DNA of 64,000 nt from Tubulanus polymorphus (lineage: Eukaryota; Animalia; Nemertea): NCBI RefSeq assembly GCF_964204645.1, contig NC_134028.1, forward strand, positions 10,540,001-10,604,000. The letters run 5' to 3'. The translations under genes and the position numbers were made by a program. The number at the start of each line of letters is the position of its first letter. The first letter of the stretch is position 1. The notes under the pieces are model-generated. The model was not told the DNA's origin, ran no database searches, and saw nothing but the letters and a program-made list of their open reading frames with translations. This document shows positions 39,325-51,214 of the stretch, in pieces.

Positions 39325-39741
39325 TCATTCATTGAATTCTACTTCAAATTCATTAGAAATTTTATCTATATGTACTTTACGAAATTGATGATTCTCCCAA
39401 TCTTCTATATTTTCAGGGCTATATTTTATTTGACAAGGCTCGCAGAAATGATCTTTTATATTATCCTTGTCATAGAATAAGAAAGGTCTTTTCCAAATAA
39501 TTTCAGGTTCAATTTCAGCAGAATTACTATTACTTTCATTACTATCAACATTAGCCGTTGTGCCATTAATTTTACACTTCTCTGAAAGTTTTTTAACATA
39601 ATTTCTTGAGAATAATTTATTACATTTTGGGCAGTTTATTTTAGGGGGTTTATAATTTTCATCATGTTTTTTCATATGTCGAGCCATATTACTTTTTCTG
39701 AGAAGTTCACCACAAATTTCACATGCTATCTTCTCATCCAT
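39325..39741 (-). CDS. C2H2-type zinc-finger protein
   Basis: CEICGELLRKSNMARHMKKH, CPKC, CEPC...H...H. Confidence 0.75.
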   Translation of the reverse strand: MDEKIACEICGELLRKSNMARHMKKHDENYKPPKINCPKCNKLFSRNYVKKLSEKCKINGTTANVDSNESNSNSAEIEPEIIWKRPFLFYDKDNIKDHFCEPCQIKYSPENIEDWENHQFRKVHIDKISNEFEVEFNE

Positions 39742-39809
39742 TTATTTAGGAAAAATTTTATTAAGATTAATTTTTAGTGATGAGCGGTAATTTTTTTATG
39801 TTATAAATA

Positions 39810-40568
39810 ATGGTAGAATTAAAAGAATACAGAATATTTGTTGATTCTAGAAAACTTACAAATTATAAATCACATAATTTATTAGTACAATTAGATAGAG
39901 AATTTAAGAATTGTGTAGATTTAAAATTAGTAAATATAAGTTTATGTAATTCTTTTTATAATGTATCGGATAAAAGTCTAGAACATTTAATTTTTTCAAT
40001 CTTTTACAAAAAAAGGAATAAATGGTTTTTTATATATTTAAAACCAGGATTATATAATTTAGATAAATTAGCACAAGAAATTAATAGAAAAGCTCGAGCT
40101 AAATTAGGAAGTGATTCCGGATTTAGTATTAGAATTTTAAAAAGTGATAGTTCTAATAAAATAAAGATTAGGTTAGCTAATGACGAACAATTTAAATTTA
40201 CAGTAAGAAAACCTTTAGGTAAACTGTTAGGAATAAACCCAGATATTGTTACAGCATACGCAGAAGGTAGATCAAATTTAATACCTTACACACATTTTTA
40301 TATTTATTGCAATTTAATTAATCCTACAAAAACATTTGAAGCAACTAAAGATACAATTTGTAATTCTAGTATATTAAATATTTTACCATTAAAAAATGTT
40401 AAACAATTTGGAACGCAAATAAATTATAATTTAGCTGAATGTGATTTTAAACCTTGTATTCCACATTTCAATAATTTTAAATTAGAAATAAGAAATCATA
40501 ATGGTTATTTAATTGATTTGAATAACTTTCCTGTAATATATGAATTAGTTATAAGATGTAAAGAGTAA
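39810..40568 (+). CDS. Minor capsid (penton-like, single jelly-roll) protein
   Basis: FVDSR, NSFYNV, PGLYN...LAQEIN, FYIYCNLI, ILNILP, LEIRNHNGYLIDLNN pattern typical of Polinton/virophage mCP; genomic context. Confidence 0.72.
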   Translation: MVELKEYRIFVDSRKLTNYKSHNLLVQLDREFKNCVDLKLVNISLCNSFYNVSDKSLEHLIFSIFYKKRNKWFFIYLKPGLYNLDKLAQEINRKARAKLGSDSGFSIRILKSDSSNKIKIRLANDEQFKFTVRKPLGKLLGINPDIVTAYAEGRSNLIPYTHFYIYCNLINPTKTFEATKDTICNSSILNILPLKNVKQFGTQINYNLAECDFKPCIPHFNNFKLEIRNHNGYLIDLNNFPVIYELVIRCKE

Positions 40569-40584
40569 TTTTTTCATTATATAA

Positions 40585-41165
40585 ATGAATATAACTGTTT
40601 GACCGAGTATATGTTTTGGATTTGATTTTAAACGTGAGAAAGAAATGAAATTTGATATTAATGATGTAATAACACATATTTAAAATATTGCATTTTCTAA
40701 TGAAACAACATTTGAATATGAAACAACAATAAATAAAGAAACTTTAAATGTAGAAAAGATTACTAATTTAATTAGAGAATCTTTAAGATTTTATGAATTA
40801 GATGAAGATTTTATCATAGATGATATTAAAAACATATTAACCAAAATATATGATAATCATAAAAGTAGTAATGAAATAAATGTTGAAATAATTATAAATA
40901 AGATAACTAAATATTTTGAAGATAGTAATTTTTTTGATTAATTAATGAGTGGTAATAAGTGGATAATAACTGGATTATATAATGGAGCATTACTATCAGT
41001 TGGAACTGTTGGTTATTCAATGGTATTAAAAAAGTATTCAAAATGGAAAGTGTTAATGTTGATAGATTTGATATAAATGACATCTTAAAATTAACATTAG
41101 CAGTTACTTTATCTAATTTAACTATTGATTATTTGGAAAAACAAAAATATATTCCTCCCATATAA
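40585..41165 (+). pseudogene. Two small viral ORFs (broken homologues of 56502-56735 and 56801-57022)
   Basis: Nucleotide similarity to copy 2, with stops and frameshifts. Confidence 0.65.
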
Positions 41166-41189
41166 ATACATAATTATTTTACTAAATAA

Positions 41190-41614
41190 ATGGCTTCTGC
41201 AGTTATAACTATTATAGGATCGGCAATTGTTAACGCTTTAGCTTTACTGGAGGGGGTTATTTATTTAAACATATTGATAAAAATGGATAATTAACAGAAC
41301 AAAAAAGACATAACTTAGCATTAGAGAAATACACTAAAACAGCAGAAGAATATAGAGAAAAGAGACAAAACTATATGGATTATATTAACAAGGAATTATA
41401 TGATCAGAAGATTTCACATAGAGATTTTCAATCAGTTGATGATGCAATGAGTTTATATAACGCGGTAACCAATAAAGAAAAATTACATCTACATAAACCT
41501 ACAATATCAGATTATTTTACCCCGAGTAATGAACAGAAGAAATATGAAATAATATGGATTTTAGGTGGAACTGTTATTGTTATATTTGTTGCTTATAAGT
41601 TTACTAATTTGTAA
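41190..41614 (+). pseudogene. Conserved small membrane-associated viral protein (frameshifted homologue of 57046-57468)
   Basis: MASAVITIIGSAIVNALAFTG start, C-terminal TM; 1 nt deletion near 41250. Confidence 0.75.
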
Positions 41615-41631
41615 TTTTTTTTGCTAAACAA

Positions 41632-42237
41632 ATGGATGATAAAGATAATATTGATATTATTCCTCATGATATAAATAAAACTAAATTAAAAATATATTTA
41701 GAAAAACAAATATTAGAATTTGAAAGTGACTTAAAAGTTAAAAAGAAAAAATATTTAAAATCTAAAATTATATATTATTTGATTATAAGTGGTTCGGTTA
41801 CAATTAGTTCTGTAATAACATTTCTAGCAATATTTTCACCATTAACACCTTTAGCTATATCAATTGGTGTATTAGGATTAAGTTCAAGTGTTTTAACTGG
41901 TATAAGTTCAAAATTAAATATAAAAAGTAATAAAGAAAAAATTAAAACTAATATAAAAGAAATTAATAAATTGAAGAATACACTAGATTATATAATAAGT
42001 TTAAATGGCCATATAACAGTTGAAGAACAAGATAAATTATTAAAATTAATATTAGATGAATTAGAATGTCCTTTACCAGGTTCAAAATATTTTAAAGAAT
42101 TGAATAATAATATTAATTTTTCTAAGTTTTATAAAATATGTAATGAATTTAATATTAATTCAAATAAAGATTTTAGAGCAAAAATTGGAACAATGGGTGG
42201 ATTAGGAATATTATATACTAAAGAATTTGGAAAATAA
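41632..42237 (+). CDS. Two-TM viral protein fused in frame, by deletion, to the middle of the next gene
   Basis: Matches 57487-57906 up to QDKLLK, then jumps at ~42045 to sequence matching ~58316 onward. Confidence 0.7.
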   Translation: MDDKDNIDIIPHDINKTKLKIYLEKQILEFESDLKVKKKKYLKSKIIYYLIISGSVTISSVITFLAIFSPLTPLAISIGVLGLSSSVLTGISSKLNIKSNKEKIKTNIKEINKLKNTLDYIISLNGHITVEEQDKLLKLILDELECPLPGSKYFKELNNNINFSKFYKICNEFNINSNKDFRAKIGTMGGLGILYTKEFGK

Positions 42238-42978
42238 TGAAATTCAGATATAAGAACATTAAATTGGAATGAATTACCAAAATATTATAATAATATACAA
42301 CAACAAAATAATAATGGTTGGGTTTATTTCATTTTAGAAAATAGTGAAGGTTTTACTAAAGCTGGTATACAAAGAATAAATCAATCAATTAGAACTTATT
42401 TGATATGTATTTTAGGTGCGCAAGTTGAAACAAGATCGCCAATAGTTGGAAATGATAACACTTCATTCGATGCGCAGAAACAATTCAAAGTATTATTTGA
42501 AGATTCCATTCATAATGATAAAAATAGATCGATTCCAGAAAACATTGTAAGATATCAAAATTCTTTAGATAAATAACATATTAGACTAAATTATTGTATA
42601 GGCCATAATCTATTAATTATTTCTAATGATTTAGTATTAAAGATGGGAAATATAATTGGTTACAATAATCTAATTAAAACTGCAACAATAAATAATTCAT
42701 TTGGATTAAATGATATAAATAAAAAGATTATTACTGCTCCAAAATTAATGGAAGGTGAAAAAAATAAAAAACATATTCAATCAACAGAAACTAAAACTAA
42801 GAATATTAAATTAAATAATGATTCTAAAATAAAAGATTATAATACATCAGAAAATATTAAAACTGATAATATTCAACATGATATAATTAAAACTGATAAT
42901 GATAATAAATCCCATGAAAATAGTAAAATTAGCTATAACTTGTATAGGAATTGTTATAGGAGGAATATTATATTTTAA
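42046..42978 (+). pseudogene. Remnant of conserved Polinton-like protein (homologue of 57938-59325)
   Basis: GFTKAGIQRINQSIRTYLICILGAQVETRSPI block with stops. Confidence 0.75.
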
Positions 42979-43001
42979 ATTTTAATTTTTTTATTATATA
43001 A

Positions 43002-44438
43002 ATGGATGTAGAAGGTGGAGAACATATTGGAATGGATAATTTTGATGAACCTGGCATAACTGATGAACAACAACCTGATTTTAGTGAAACAAGTTTTAAT
43101 GGCGGTAATGAGCCAGAATATAATAATAATTTAAATATGCCTGATTATATTAAAAATGCAGAATCACAATTAAATCCTGAAAATCTAGACCCAGATTTAG
43201 TAAAACAAGATTTAGATAATTTAAACAAAATACCTAAATTAGAACGTATAATTGAAAATTCTAAACTTAACATAAATGATGAAGACGTTGGACCTTTAGC
43301 AGATCAATTAAAATTTTTAGATAATGGTAAATGGTATTATCATTTGAAAGGTGATTATTATATTGATATCACTTATAAAAATAATTAAAATAAAATATTA
43401 ACATAATCAACTTTGAGTGATTTAGATCCAGATAGAATTAAAAGAATTAGTAATGGTAATGTAATAACTGATGTTATAAAACAAGAATTAACTGATAATG
43501 ATATAGACGTATTTAAACAAAGAATTAATGAATTATTTGAAATAATCAAAAAGAAATCAGAAACAGAAACAACTTCTGAACAGAATATAACTTCCAAAAC
43601 TAGTAAACTTAAATCAAATAAAGTTCCAATTGAAAAACTTTTACAGAATGGATTAATTGATGCAACAGATCAAGAAATTAAAAGTATAAGACTTGCATCT
43701 GATAAAATTGCGCATGATAAAAGTATAAGAGATTTTAAAATTAGAACTTTAGAAAAAGAATTAACTGATAAAAATAAAGAAATAGAAAAATTAAAGTCTG
43801 ATTTAGATCAACAAGTAATTGATGAAATAGAATATAGGCAAAAAGAATTACGATTAGAAAAAGAAATTAATAATTTAAAAGATAATTTAGAAATACAGAA
43901 AGAAGAAATTAAATTATTATTAAAATCATATGATTATAATATTAATAGATTAAAAGTTATTTTTAAAGATTTGTTGATTAAACCAAATTCTGAAATATCA
44001 TTGAAAGATAGAATAAAGTTATTATTTAAATTAGAAGGAATAACGATTCTTTCAATTCTAACAGCTGTAACTATGTTATTTACAACAATTGGTTTAGCTA
44101 TATCAAATGCTTTAAAATCTACTCCTACTCCCAATAAACCAGATAAACACCCGAATGATAATAATTCTATACAAGATAAAGTTAAAGATGGTTTAAAGAA
44201 ATTAGCAAAATATTTATGGGAATTATCTAAAAAATCTGCTGCAGCTTTACCAGGAATTATTGCATCAATTGTTGGTTTTATATTGAAATCTGCTGGGAAT
44301 ATTCTTAACTTTCCCGCTGAACATATTATTCTATTTTTAATTACAGTTGTAAGTGCTATTATTTTTGGGTTAGTGAATATGATATCAAAAAGATATCAAG
44401 AAAAAATAATAAAAATAAATAATTATTTTTTTTGTTAA
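43002..44438 (+). pseudogene. Coiled-coil protein with C-terminal hydrophobic/amphipathic helices (stops near 43388-43410)
   Basis: Acidic N-terminus, heptad K/E/L region, EGITILSILTAV, AAALPGIIASIVGFIL; paralogue at 59327-60744. Confidence 0.75.
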
Positions 44439-44442
44439 ATAA

Positions 44443-45703
44443 ATGAGTGGGAGTTATATAAGTCCTTCTAAGATTTCTAGAATATCTAATGCTATTAAAG
44501 CAGAAAGATCACATCATATAATTACTCATAACCCTTCTAATATTAATCCCGATGAAACTTTATATGTTAGAATTCCTAGATTAACACAAAATACTTTTTA
44601 TGTTCCAAATAGTACTTTTTATGCTCCAAATAGTATTTATTTATCAGCTGATATAAAAGTAACTGGTCATGATAATAATTATGTTGTCGATAATGTTGGG
44701 AGATATTTGATTAAAAAATTAACTATAAAGATTGGTCCAGAAACAGTTTTTTCATTAGATGATTATAATTTATTTATGCATTATAAAGATTTATGGTTAA
44801 CTAAAGAAAATAGAAATAATATGATATTTCAAGACATTCAATCGGAAAACCATAATAAATTAAGATTAGGAGATAATGACGCAATAGTAACTCGTGCCGC
44901 AGATAATTTGATTAAAAAGGTTTATGGAAGCAAATATAAAATTCCATTAGACTTTGAATTGATAAATAATAATGCACCTTTATATAAATACGTAATTCAA
45001 GAAGATATTATATTTGAGATAACACTTGCTCCTGTAAATGGAATTGTATTATCTAGCGTTGTTAAAGATATGGGATATAAATTATCGAATATATGCTTAG
45101 AATATGACACAGTAACCAATGAAAATATTGCTAGCACAATTCAAACTCAATACAATCAAGGATTTTCATTATTATATGATTATATTGATAAATTTAAAAC
45201 TGTAACTATTAATGCAAATGATGAAATAATTAATGAGAATATTAACTTCCCAAGAAGATCTATTAAAGGTATATTAATATTTTTTACCATTGCAACATAT
45301 TCTAATGGTGTAATAAAGGTAGATAATTATTATAATCCTGAAATTACAAAAGTAGAAATAACTATCGAAGGAATAGCAAATAAAATATTTTGTCAAGGAA
45401 TGAGAATGATGGCCAGAAATTAGAAAAAATTTTATGAATGAAAAGGTAAAATCATCTGAAAATTGTAATATTAATCAAATTGATTATTATACCAGCAATA
45501 AATATGCATTATGGTTAGATTTTAGAACAACAGAGGATAATTCATTACATGGTTCTGGAAAAAAACTACAGTACACTAAAGATGGAATACAATTATTCAT
45601 GAAAAAGAAAAAAGGAAGCTTAAATTTTAAAATGCACATTTATATTATATCTGACGCACAATTAAATATTGTAAATTCACAATTAGATAGTATTCAATAT
45701 TAG
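44443..45703 (+). pseudogene. Major capsid protein (double jelly-roll type), frameshifted near 45410
   Basis: ~420 codons, beta-rich, HNPSNINPDETLYVRIP, IPLDFE, ICLEYD, YALWLDFRT, SDAQLNI; located next to integrase and ATPase; 21 nt internal duplication at ~44590-44633. Confidence 0.75.
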
Positions 45704-45733
45704 AAATATAAAGTTAAAATTAACGATATATAA

Positions 45734-46850
45734 ATGGGTGGTAAAAAACTCCTAATACTAAAGAACAATATTTAAGAAATTTATATTACAACCCTGAGAG
45801 TTCGGTTGCTTATTCTTCTACCAAAAATATATGGCGTCAAGTAAAACAAGATAAATTAGATAAGATAATCCCACAAAATTTAGTTAAATATAAAGATATA
45901 AATGAATTTATGTTAGAACAACCAACATATACAACACATAAAAAAATTGTTAGAAAATATAAAACTCGTAAAACTATGGTAAGTTATGTAGATCAACAGT
46001 GGCAAGGAGATTTAATTGATATGAAAAATGTTAAGAAAGATAATGATGATTATTGGTGGATATTGAATATAATTGATATTTTTAGTCGTTATGTACGGAG
46101 TTTCCCACTTTATAGAAAAGATGCTGTACAAACATCAAATGTTTTAAGAAAATTTCTTTCGGATGACCAGAAAAAATACAATTTGTTGATGGAAAAGAGT
46201 TTGATAATTCACTTGTTCATGAACTCTTAGACAATCATAATATTAAATATTTTTCAACAAAATCGGATAAAAAAGCAGCAGTTGTTGAACGATTTAATAG
46301 AACATTAAGAACAAGAATGTGGAAATATTTTACAGCAAATAATACTTTTAAATGGATTGATGTTTTACCAAAATTGATAGAAGGATATAATAATTCTTAT
46401 CATTCTTCTATTGGAATGAAACCTATTGATGCTAAAAAACCTGAAAATGCTAAAATTGTTTGGAATAATTTATATGGAGCATTTCTTGTAGATGATTTTG
46501 GTGAACCTAAATTTAAAGTTGGTCAAAATGTTAGAATTTCTAAGTATAAAAAGATATTTGATAAAGGATACGATCGAAATTTTACTAGAGAAATATATAA
46601 AATAAAAAAGGTTATAACAACAAAACCATATGTCTATAAATTAGGAGATTTAGATGGTGAAGAAGTTGATGGCTACTTTTACGAAGAAGAATTAAGTTTA
46701 ACTACTGAAAATCTAGAACAAGAATATAAAATTGAAAACGTATTAAAAACAAAAACTATTAAAAGAAAAAACTATTCTTTAGTAAAATGGGTTGGATGGC
46801 CATATAAATTCAATGAATGGATATTATCAAGTAAAATTAAAAATATATAA
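45734..46850 (+). pseudogene. Retroviral-like (rve) integrase with C-terminal chromodomain, frameshifted
   Basis: LYYNP, WQGDLIDM, IDIFSRY, VDGKEF, KAAVVERFNRTL, YNNSYHSSIGMKP, FKVGQNVRIS, GYFYEEEL, LVKWVGWP..FNEWI. Confidence 0.93.
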
Positions 46851-47456
46851 ATGAATTAGGAATTATTTATATTTGAGCCTCATAATATGTTAATTTCTGG
46901 TGTAACATATTGTGAAAAAACTTATTTTATATTAAATTTATTAGAAACTGTTTAAAAAAACTATTTTGATAATATAGTATTATTTTGTCCAACATATGAA
47001 TTTAATCAAACTTATGATAGAAATATTACTAGAAATAATAAATTTATTTATATTAGATCATAAAACAGTTAAAGAAAATTTAGATAATTGTATTAAAATA
47101 GCAATTGATATTTATAAAGGATCAAATACATTATTCATTATAGATGATTGTGCTAATCTACATGATTCAAAAGTTAGAGTGAGTTATGCTATTTAGCTTT
47201 TTCTGGCAGACATTTTGGGATAACAACATGGGTTTTAAATCAAAAATATAATTCAATTGTTAAAGACTTTAAGGAGAATATAAGATTTTTAGTTTTATTC
47301 TACAATAAAGATAGAAAATCGATGAAAAATGCACTTGAGGAAAATGATATTATTCCACATGATTTACATAATGAATATATGGATAAGTTGAAAAATATTA
47401 AAAGATCAAAATAACTATTTAGATTACAACACCCATTTAAATATGAATTTATTTAA
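46851..47456 (+). pseudogene. A32/FtsK-like genome packaging ATPase
   Basis: Degenerate Walker A (MLISGVTYC.KT), Walker B LFIIDDCA, SGRH motif; several stops and frameshifts. Confidence 0.85.
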
Positions 47457-47457
47457 A

Positions 47458-47725
47458 TTCAACTAGCTTGTTAATCTAGTTGAATTCTAGTAACATTCTA
47501 GTATGAATTCTAGTCATTAGTAGTTGAAACAAAAATCAACTTGATTTAACAATATTTTAACTAGCTTGTTAATCTAGTATATTTTTAGTTACATTCTAGT
47601 CGAATTCTAGTTATTAGTAGTTGAAACAAAAATCAACTAGATTTAAAAAGAAATAAAACAATATTTCAACTAGCTTGTTAATCTAGTTGAATTCTAGTTA
47701 CATTCTAGTTGAATTCTAGTTGCAA
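47458..47725. repeat. CTAG-rich tandem repeat, ~100-110 bp unit, ~3 copies
   Basis: AACTAGCTTGTTAATCTAGT recurs at ~47461, 47559, 47668. Confidence 0.85.
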
Positions 47726-47753
47726 CAACACAACTAATTTATTTGTTATATAA

Positions 47754-48200
47754 ATGGGAGGTGAAAAGAAAATAAAATCTAAAAATGGTGATGTTCCAAT
47801 CGAAAAAACTTTAGATGATTTAGGAATAACAGAAAACAAATTAATTCCAGATGATGGTGCTTTAAATAATGTTACAACAAATAATAATTATGAATATTAT
47901 CTTTATTGTAAACATCAATCAGAAATATTAATAGCATCTGGAAAATGTAAAAATTTTATCGGTAAAAATTTAACTTATAATGAATTAGATACAATGAAAT
48001 CAGATGAAATTATGTAATAATATACTACCAATTGAAGACGAAAATAGATTATATTCCGATTTAAAAAAATGATTATTTAGTTATGACTGAATTAAATAAA
48101 TGGATTGGATATTTATTATTTCAATTAGGTGGATTTATGACATTATTATTAACTGGGGTTATAACATTTTCAAATATTGAAAGTAAACATATTTCTATAA
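47754..48200 (+). pseudogene. Hypothetical viral protein (stop at 48017)
   Basis: TAAATG start, viral base composition, hydrophobic C-terminal part. Confidence 0.55.
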
Positions 48201-48203
48201 TAA

Positions 48204-48560
48204 ATGAGCGAGGTGGAAGAAGTGAAGGAATTAACTGTGAAGAAAAATCCGAGAACTCAGAAACAAATTGAATGGTCTCGGCAATTAGGAATTAAATCAC
48301 AAGAATATAAAAAAGCTGTAAAAGAAAAAATAAGTAATAAAAATGGTAAAAATATTGTTATTTCTACTCCTTCTAATAATAGAATATTTGATAAATGTCT
48401 ATATTTTACCGTTGGATTTGTAATTGTATTCATTTTGACTAGGTGTAATTGGTATAAGAAATCAAATAAAATTCATGATATTTATAATTCTGAAACAACT
48501 GTTATCAAAAATGAAAATACTTCTGAAATTCCAAAATTGACAATAAAAAAAATGGATTAA
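48204..48560 (+). CDS. Hypothetical viral protein with one TM segment
   Basis: 118 aa ORF with TAAATG start; KKNPRTQKQIEWSRQLG; LYFTVGFVIVFIL. Confidence 0.65.
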   Translation: MSEVEEVKELTVKKNPRTQKQIEWSRQLGIKSQEYKKAVKEKISNKNGKNIVISTPSNNRIFDKCLYFTVGFVIVFILTRCNWYKKSNKIHDIYNSETTVIKNENTSEIPKLTIKKMD

Positions 48561-49583
48561 TATTTTAGAAAAAAAGCAAAAAAAATAATTGAATATCTCA
48601 CTACTTTTGTCTATCTATGCGGAGCAATTGAATTGTCCAGATAAGTCATTTCGGATTCTAGATATTCATTATTTTTATTAATTTATTTTGTTTTTTTAAT
48701 TTGAAGTTTTGACTTGAATATTGTATTACAGTCGTTTCTTATTATTAGTTTTTTCTTAAATTGAAAGATGGCAGCACTGGGTGTGATGCTAAAATGAATA
48801 TTTGAATTTGAATTTGTTAATCAATTAACATGGTAATTGATTACTAATTTGATTAAAAATTATATCATAATTAAGTTAAAAATCCATAATTCATTTATCA
48901 GTTTTCATTCTTATATTCTTTTCATTCGGAATAATTTATAATTTCAAATTTCACATATTTTTTTAGCACCAGCAACATTTACTTAGGTGTTTTAGCTAAG
49001 TATATAAGGCAATTCATTCGACCACTGGAGTGCCGCCGGGCTTGGCTTGCAGGGGCATTTCGAAAATGCACCTTTGTCCACCCTCCGTGGTTCTTCAGTT
49101 TCGACTTTCGATCCTCCTTTCGGGGGTAAGGGGTTGATAGGAAATGCATTAGGCGCCTTTAATATAATGTGTTTCCTGTCAACCATTGAAGGAGAATTGG
49201 TGAGGTGTGGGTCACAGGGGTGTAAGTAGAAATGCTTGGGGATAGGTATCTCGTGGCGCCTCTCAATAACGGGATGCTTATCCCCTAAAAACTCTGCGAG
49301 TCAAGTCGGGTGGTTTTGCTAAAACTTACCGTAAAAACATTGAAATATTCCTTTTAATCACGAGAGAGAGAATGTATCCTGTCCTGTGTGTGTTGTATGT
49401 ACTGCGTGCTTATTATATAACTGCTATAACAACAACGTTGAATTGCAACACCTGTTTGATCGATCAATATTCAAATCGAGCACTCTCTTATAATAACATG
49501 TAACAGATGTTTGGCTGTATGATTGTAGTTGTTTGTAAAACGACTAAGGTCATTTTTAGATATTCATTATTTTTATTTTTTAT

Positions 49584-49910
49584 TTAATCAACAATTTCTA
49601 AATCATGATGACCGTCTTCATTTTTCCCATGATAGATTATTTTAAATCCTTCTAAATCTTTTAATTCCTCTGTACTCAATGAAACCAATTTATCAGGTAA
49701 AAATACTTTAAATTCTCGCGATGTACTAACATTGCAGTAGCTTAAATTAGCTGATACTTTCTCTCCATATTTAGTTTTTATCTTTTCTAATTTCAATATT
49801 TTATGTTCAATTTCTTTTGTAACATCAACTAACCTTTTTATTTCAAATTGTTTTTTTGCTGGTTTTATTCTGTTATTTATTGTTGCTAAGAATGCTTTTC
49901 TATCTCCCAT
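49584..49910 (-). CDS. Small viral protein, paralogue of 55374-55727 (possible OB-fold ssDNA-binding protein)
   Basis: Shared TKYGEK/NKYGDK, VFLPDK/TYLPDR, YHGKNEDGHH/YKGKNEKGHH. Confidence 0.6.
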   Translation of the reverse strand: MGDRKAFLATINNRIKPAKKQFEIKRLVDVTKEIEHKILKLEKIKTKYGEKVSANLSYCNVSTSREFKVFLPDKLVSLSTEELKDLEGFKIIYHGKNEDGHHDLEIVD

Positions 49911-49949
49911 TTATAAGGAAAACAAATTACTTGTGGTGATGAGTGGTGT

Positions 49950-50487
49950 TTAGTACTCTAGCACTCTGGTATGAAACCCACATCTTCCAATTACTGAGTT
50001 GACATTTACGCAACTTTGAAGAAACGCAAACTCAAAAGTCAGATAAAAATGACAATGTAATGGCAATAAAAGGGTCTGGTCAGAGTGGATATAGAGCTCG
50101 GGATATTGTTTGTTGGACCTGTCGTAAACCAGGCCACAAATCAATGAACTGTAGGGAAAAAGGGAGCCATGCCCCAAGGCCAAGGGAATGGTGTCATGTC
50201 TGCAGAAATAACTCACATAATTCAAATGAATGTAGAAAGTCAAAAAGTAAAAGTGGCCAGGGTGCTGGAGTTAATACTGTAACGGATGAACAAAATGATA
50301 ATTCATTCCAGTTCAAATTGAACGATGAGATTGAATCGTGTACAGGAAATCCGTTGCCAGATCCGTTGTTAGTAGACTGTGGGGCTACTAGCCATGTTGT
50401 TAACGATAAATCAAAATTTGTGAGCTATGAGAAAGATTTTGTTCCGGAAAAACATTATATTGAACTGGCCGATGGCACCAGAGATAA
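49950..50487 (+). pseudogene. Ty1/copia gag-protease fragment
   Basis: Two CX2CX4HX4C knuckles (CWTCRKPGHKSMNC, CHVCRNNSHNSNEC), aspartic protease LLVDCGATSHV, IELADG. Confidence 0.88.
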
Positions 50488-51214
50488 TAACTTGATAATA
50501 ATTGTTCAACTTGTAATATCAACATAGGTAAATCCCAAAAAGCAAGACACAATAAAACTAAAACACATTTAGAGAATAAATTGAAATTAGAATATAAAGA
50601 TGATATATTAGAAACTAAATTAGATGAATTAAAGAATGAAAAAGAAACATACAAATGTGATACATGTAATCAATCATTCAGTGATAAAAGATATTATAAA
50701 GAACATTTAAAATCTAAAAGTCATATTAGAAATATGAATAAGAAACATAAGACAATTAAAAGAATAAGAAATAAATTAAACAATAAAAGACCATACATGG
50801 AAGATGTAAGAAATTATATTAATTCATTAGATAATAAAAAAGATATAAAAAGATTATGATTCAAATGATGTTATAGATATACTTTATTATGAAAATCATT
50901 ATATGTGGATTAAACAAATAGATTTATTCTTTAGAACAGAAAGTGATTACCATAATAAAATATATCTTTGTAGAAAATGTTTACATAAATTCAGTAATGA
51001 AAGTACATTATTAAATAATAAACAATTATGTGAAAATCATGATTATTGTAAATTAGTTTTACCAAATGAAAAGGATAAAATATTAGAATTCAAAAAATAT
51101 GATTTCAAAAATAAAGTACCATTTGTTATATATGGAGATTTTGAATCATTAATTAAAGAATTAACTGATCAAGATAGAAAAGAAATATATTATAAAAGAA
51201 AGAAATTAAATTAT

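Larger units (their letters stand above)
35214..48600 (+). mobile_element. Polinton/Maverick-like endogenous virus, copy 1 (decayed; ends approximate)
   Basis: Abrupt very AT-rich, intron-less, gene-dense block: pPolB, mCP, MCP, rve integrase, packaging ATPase. Confidence 0.92.
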
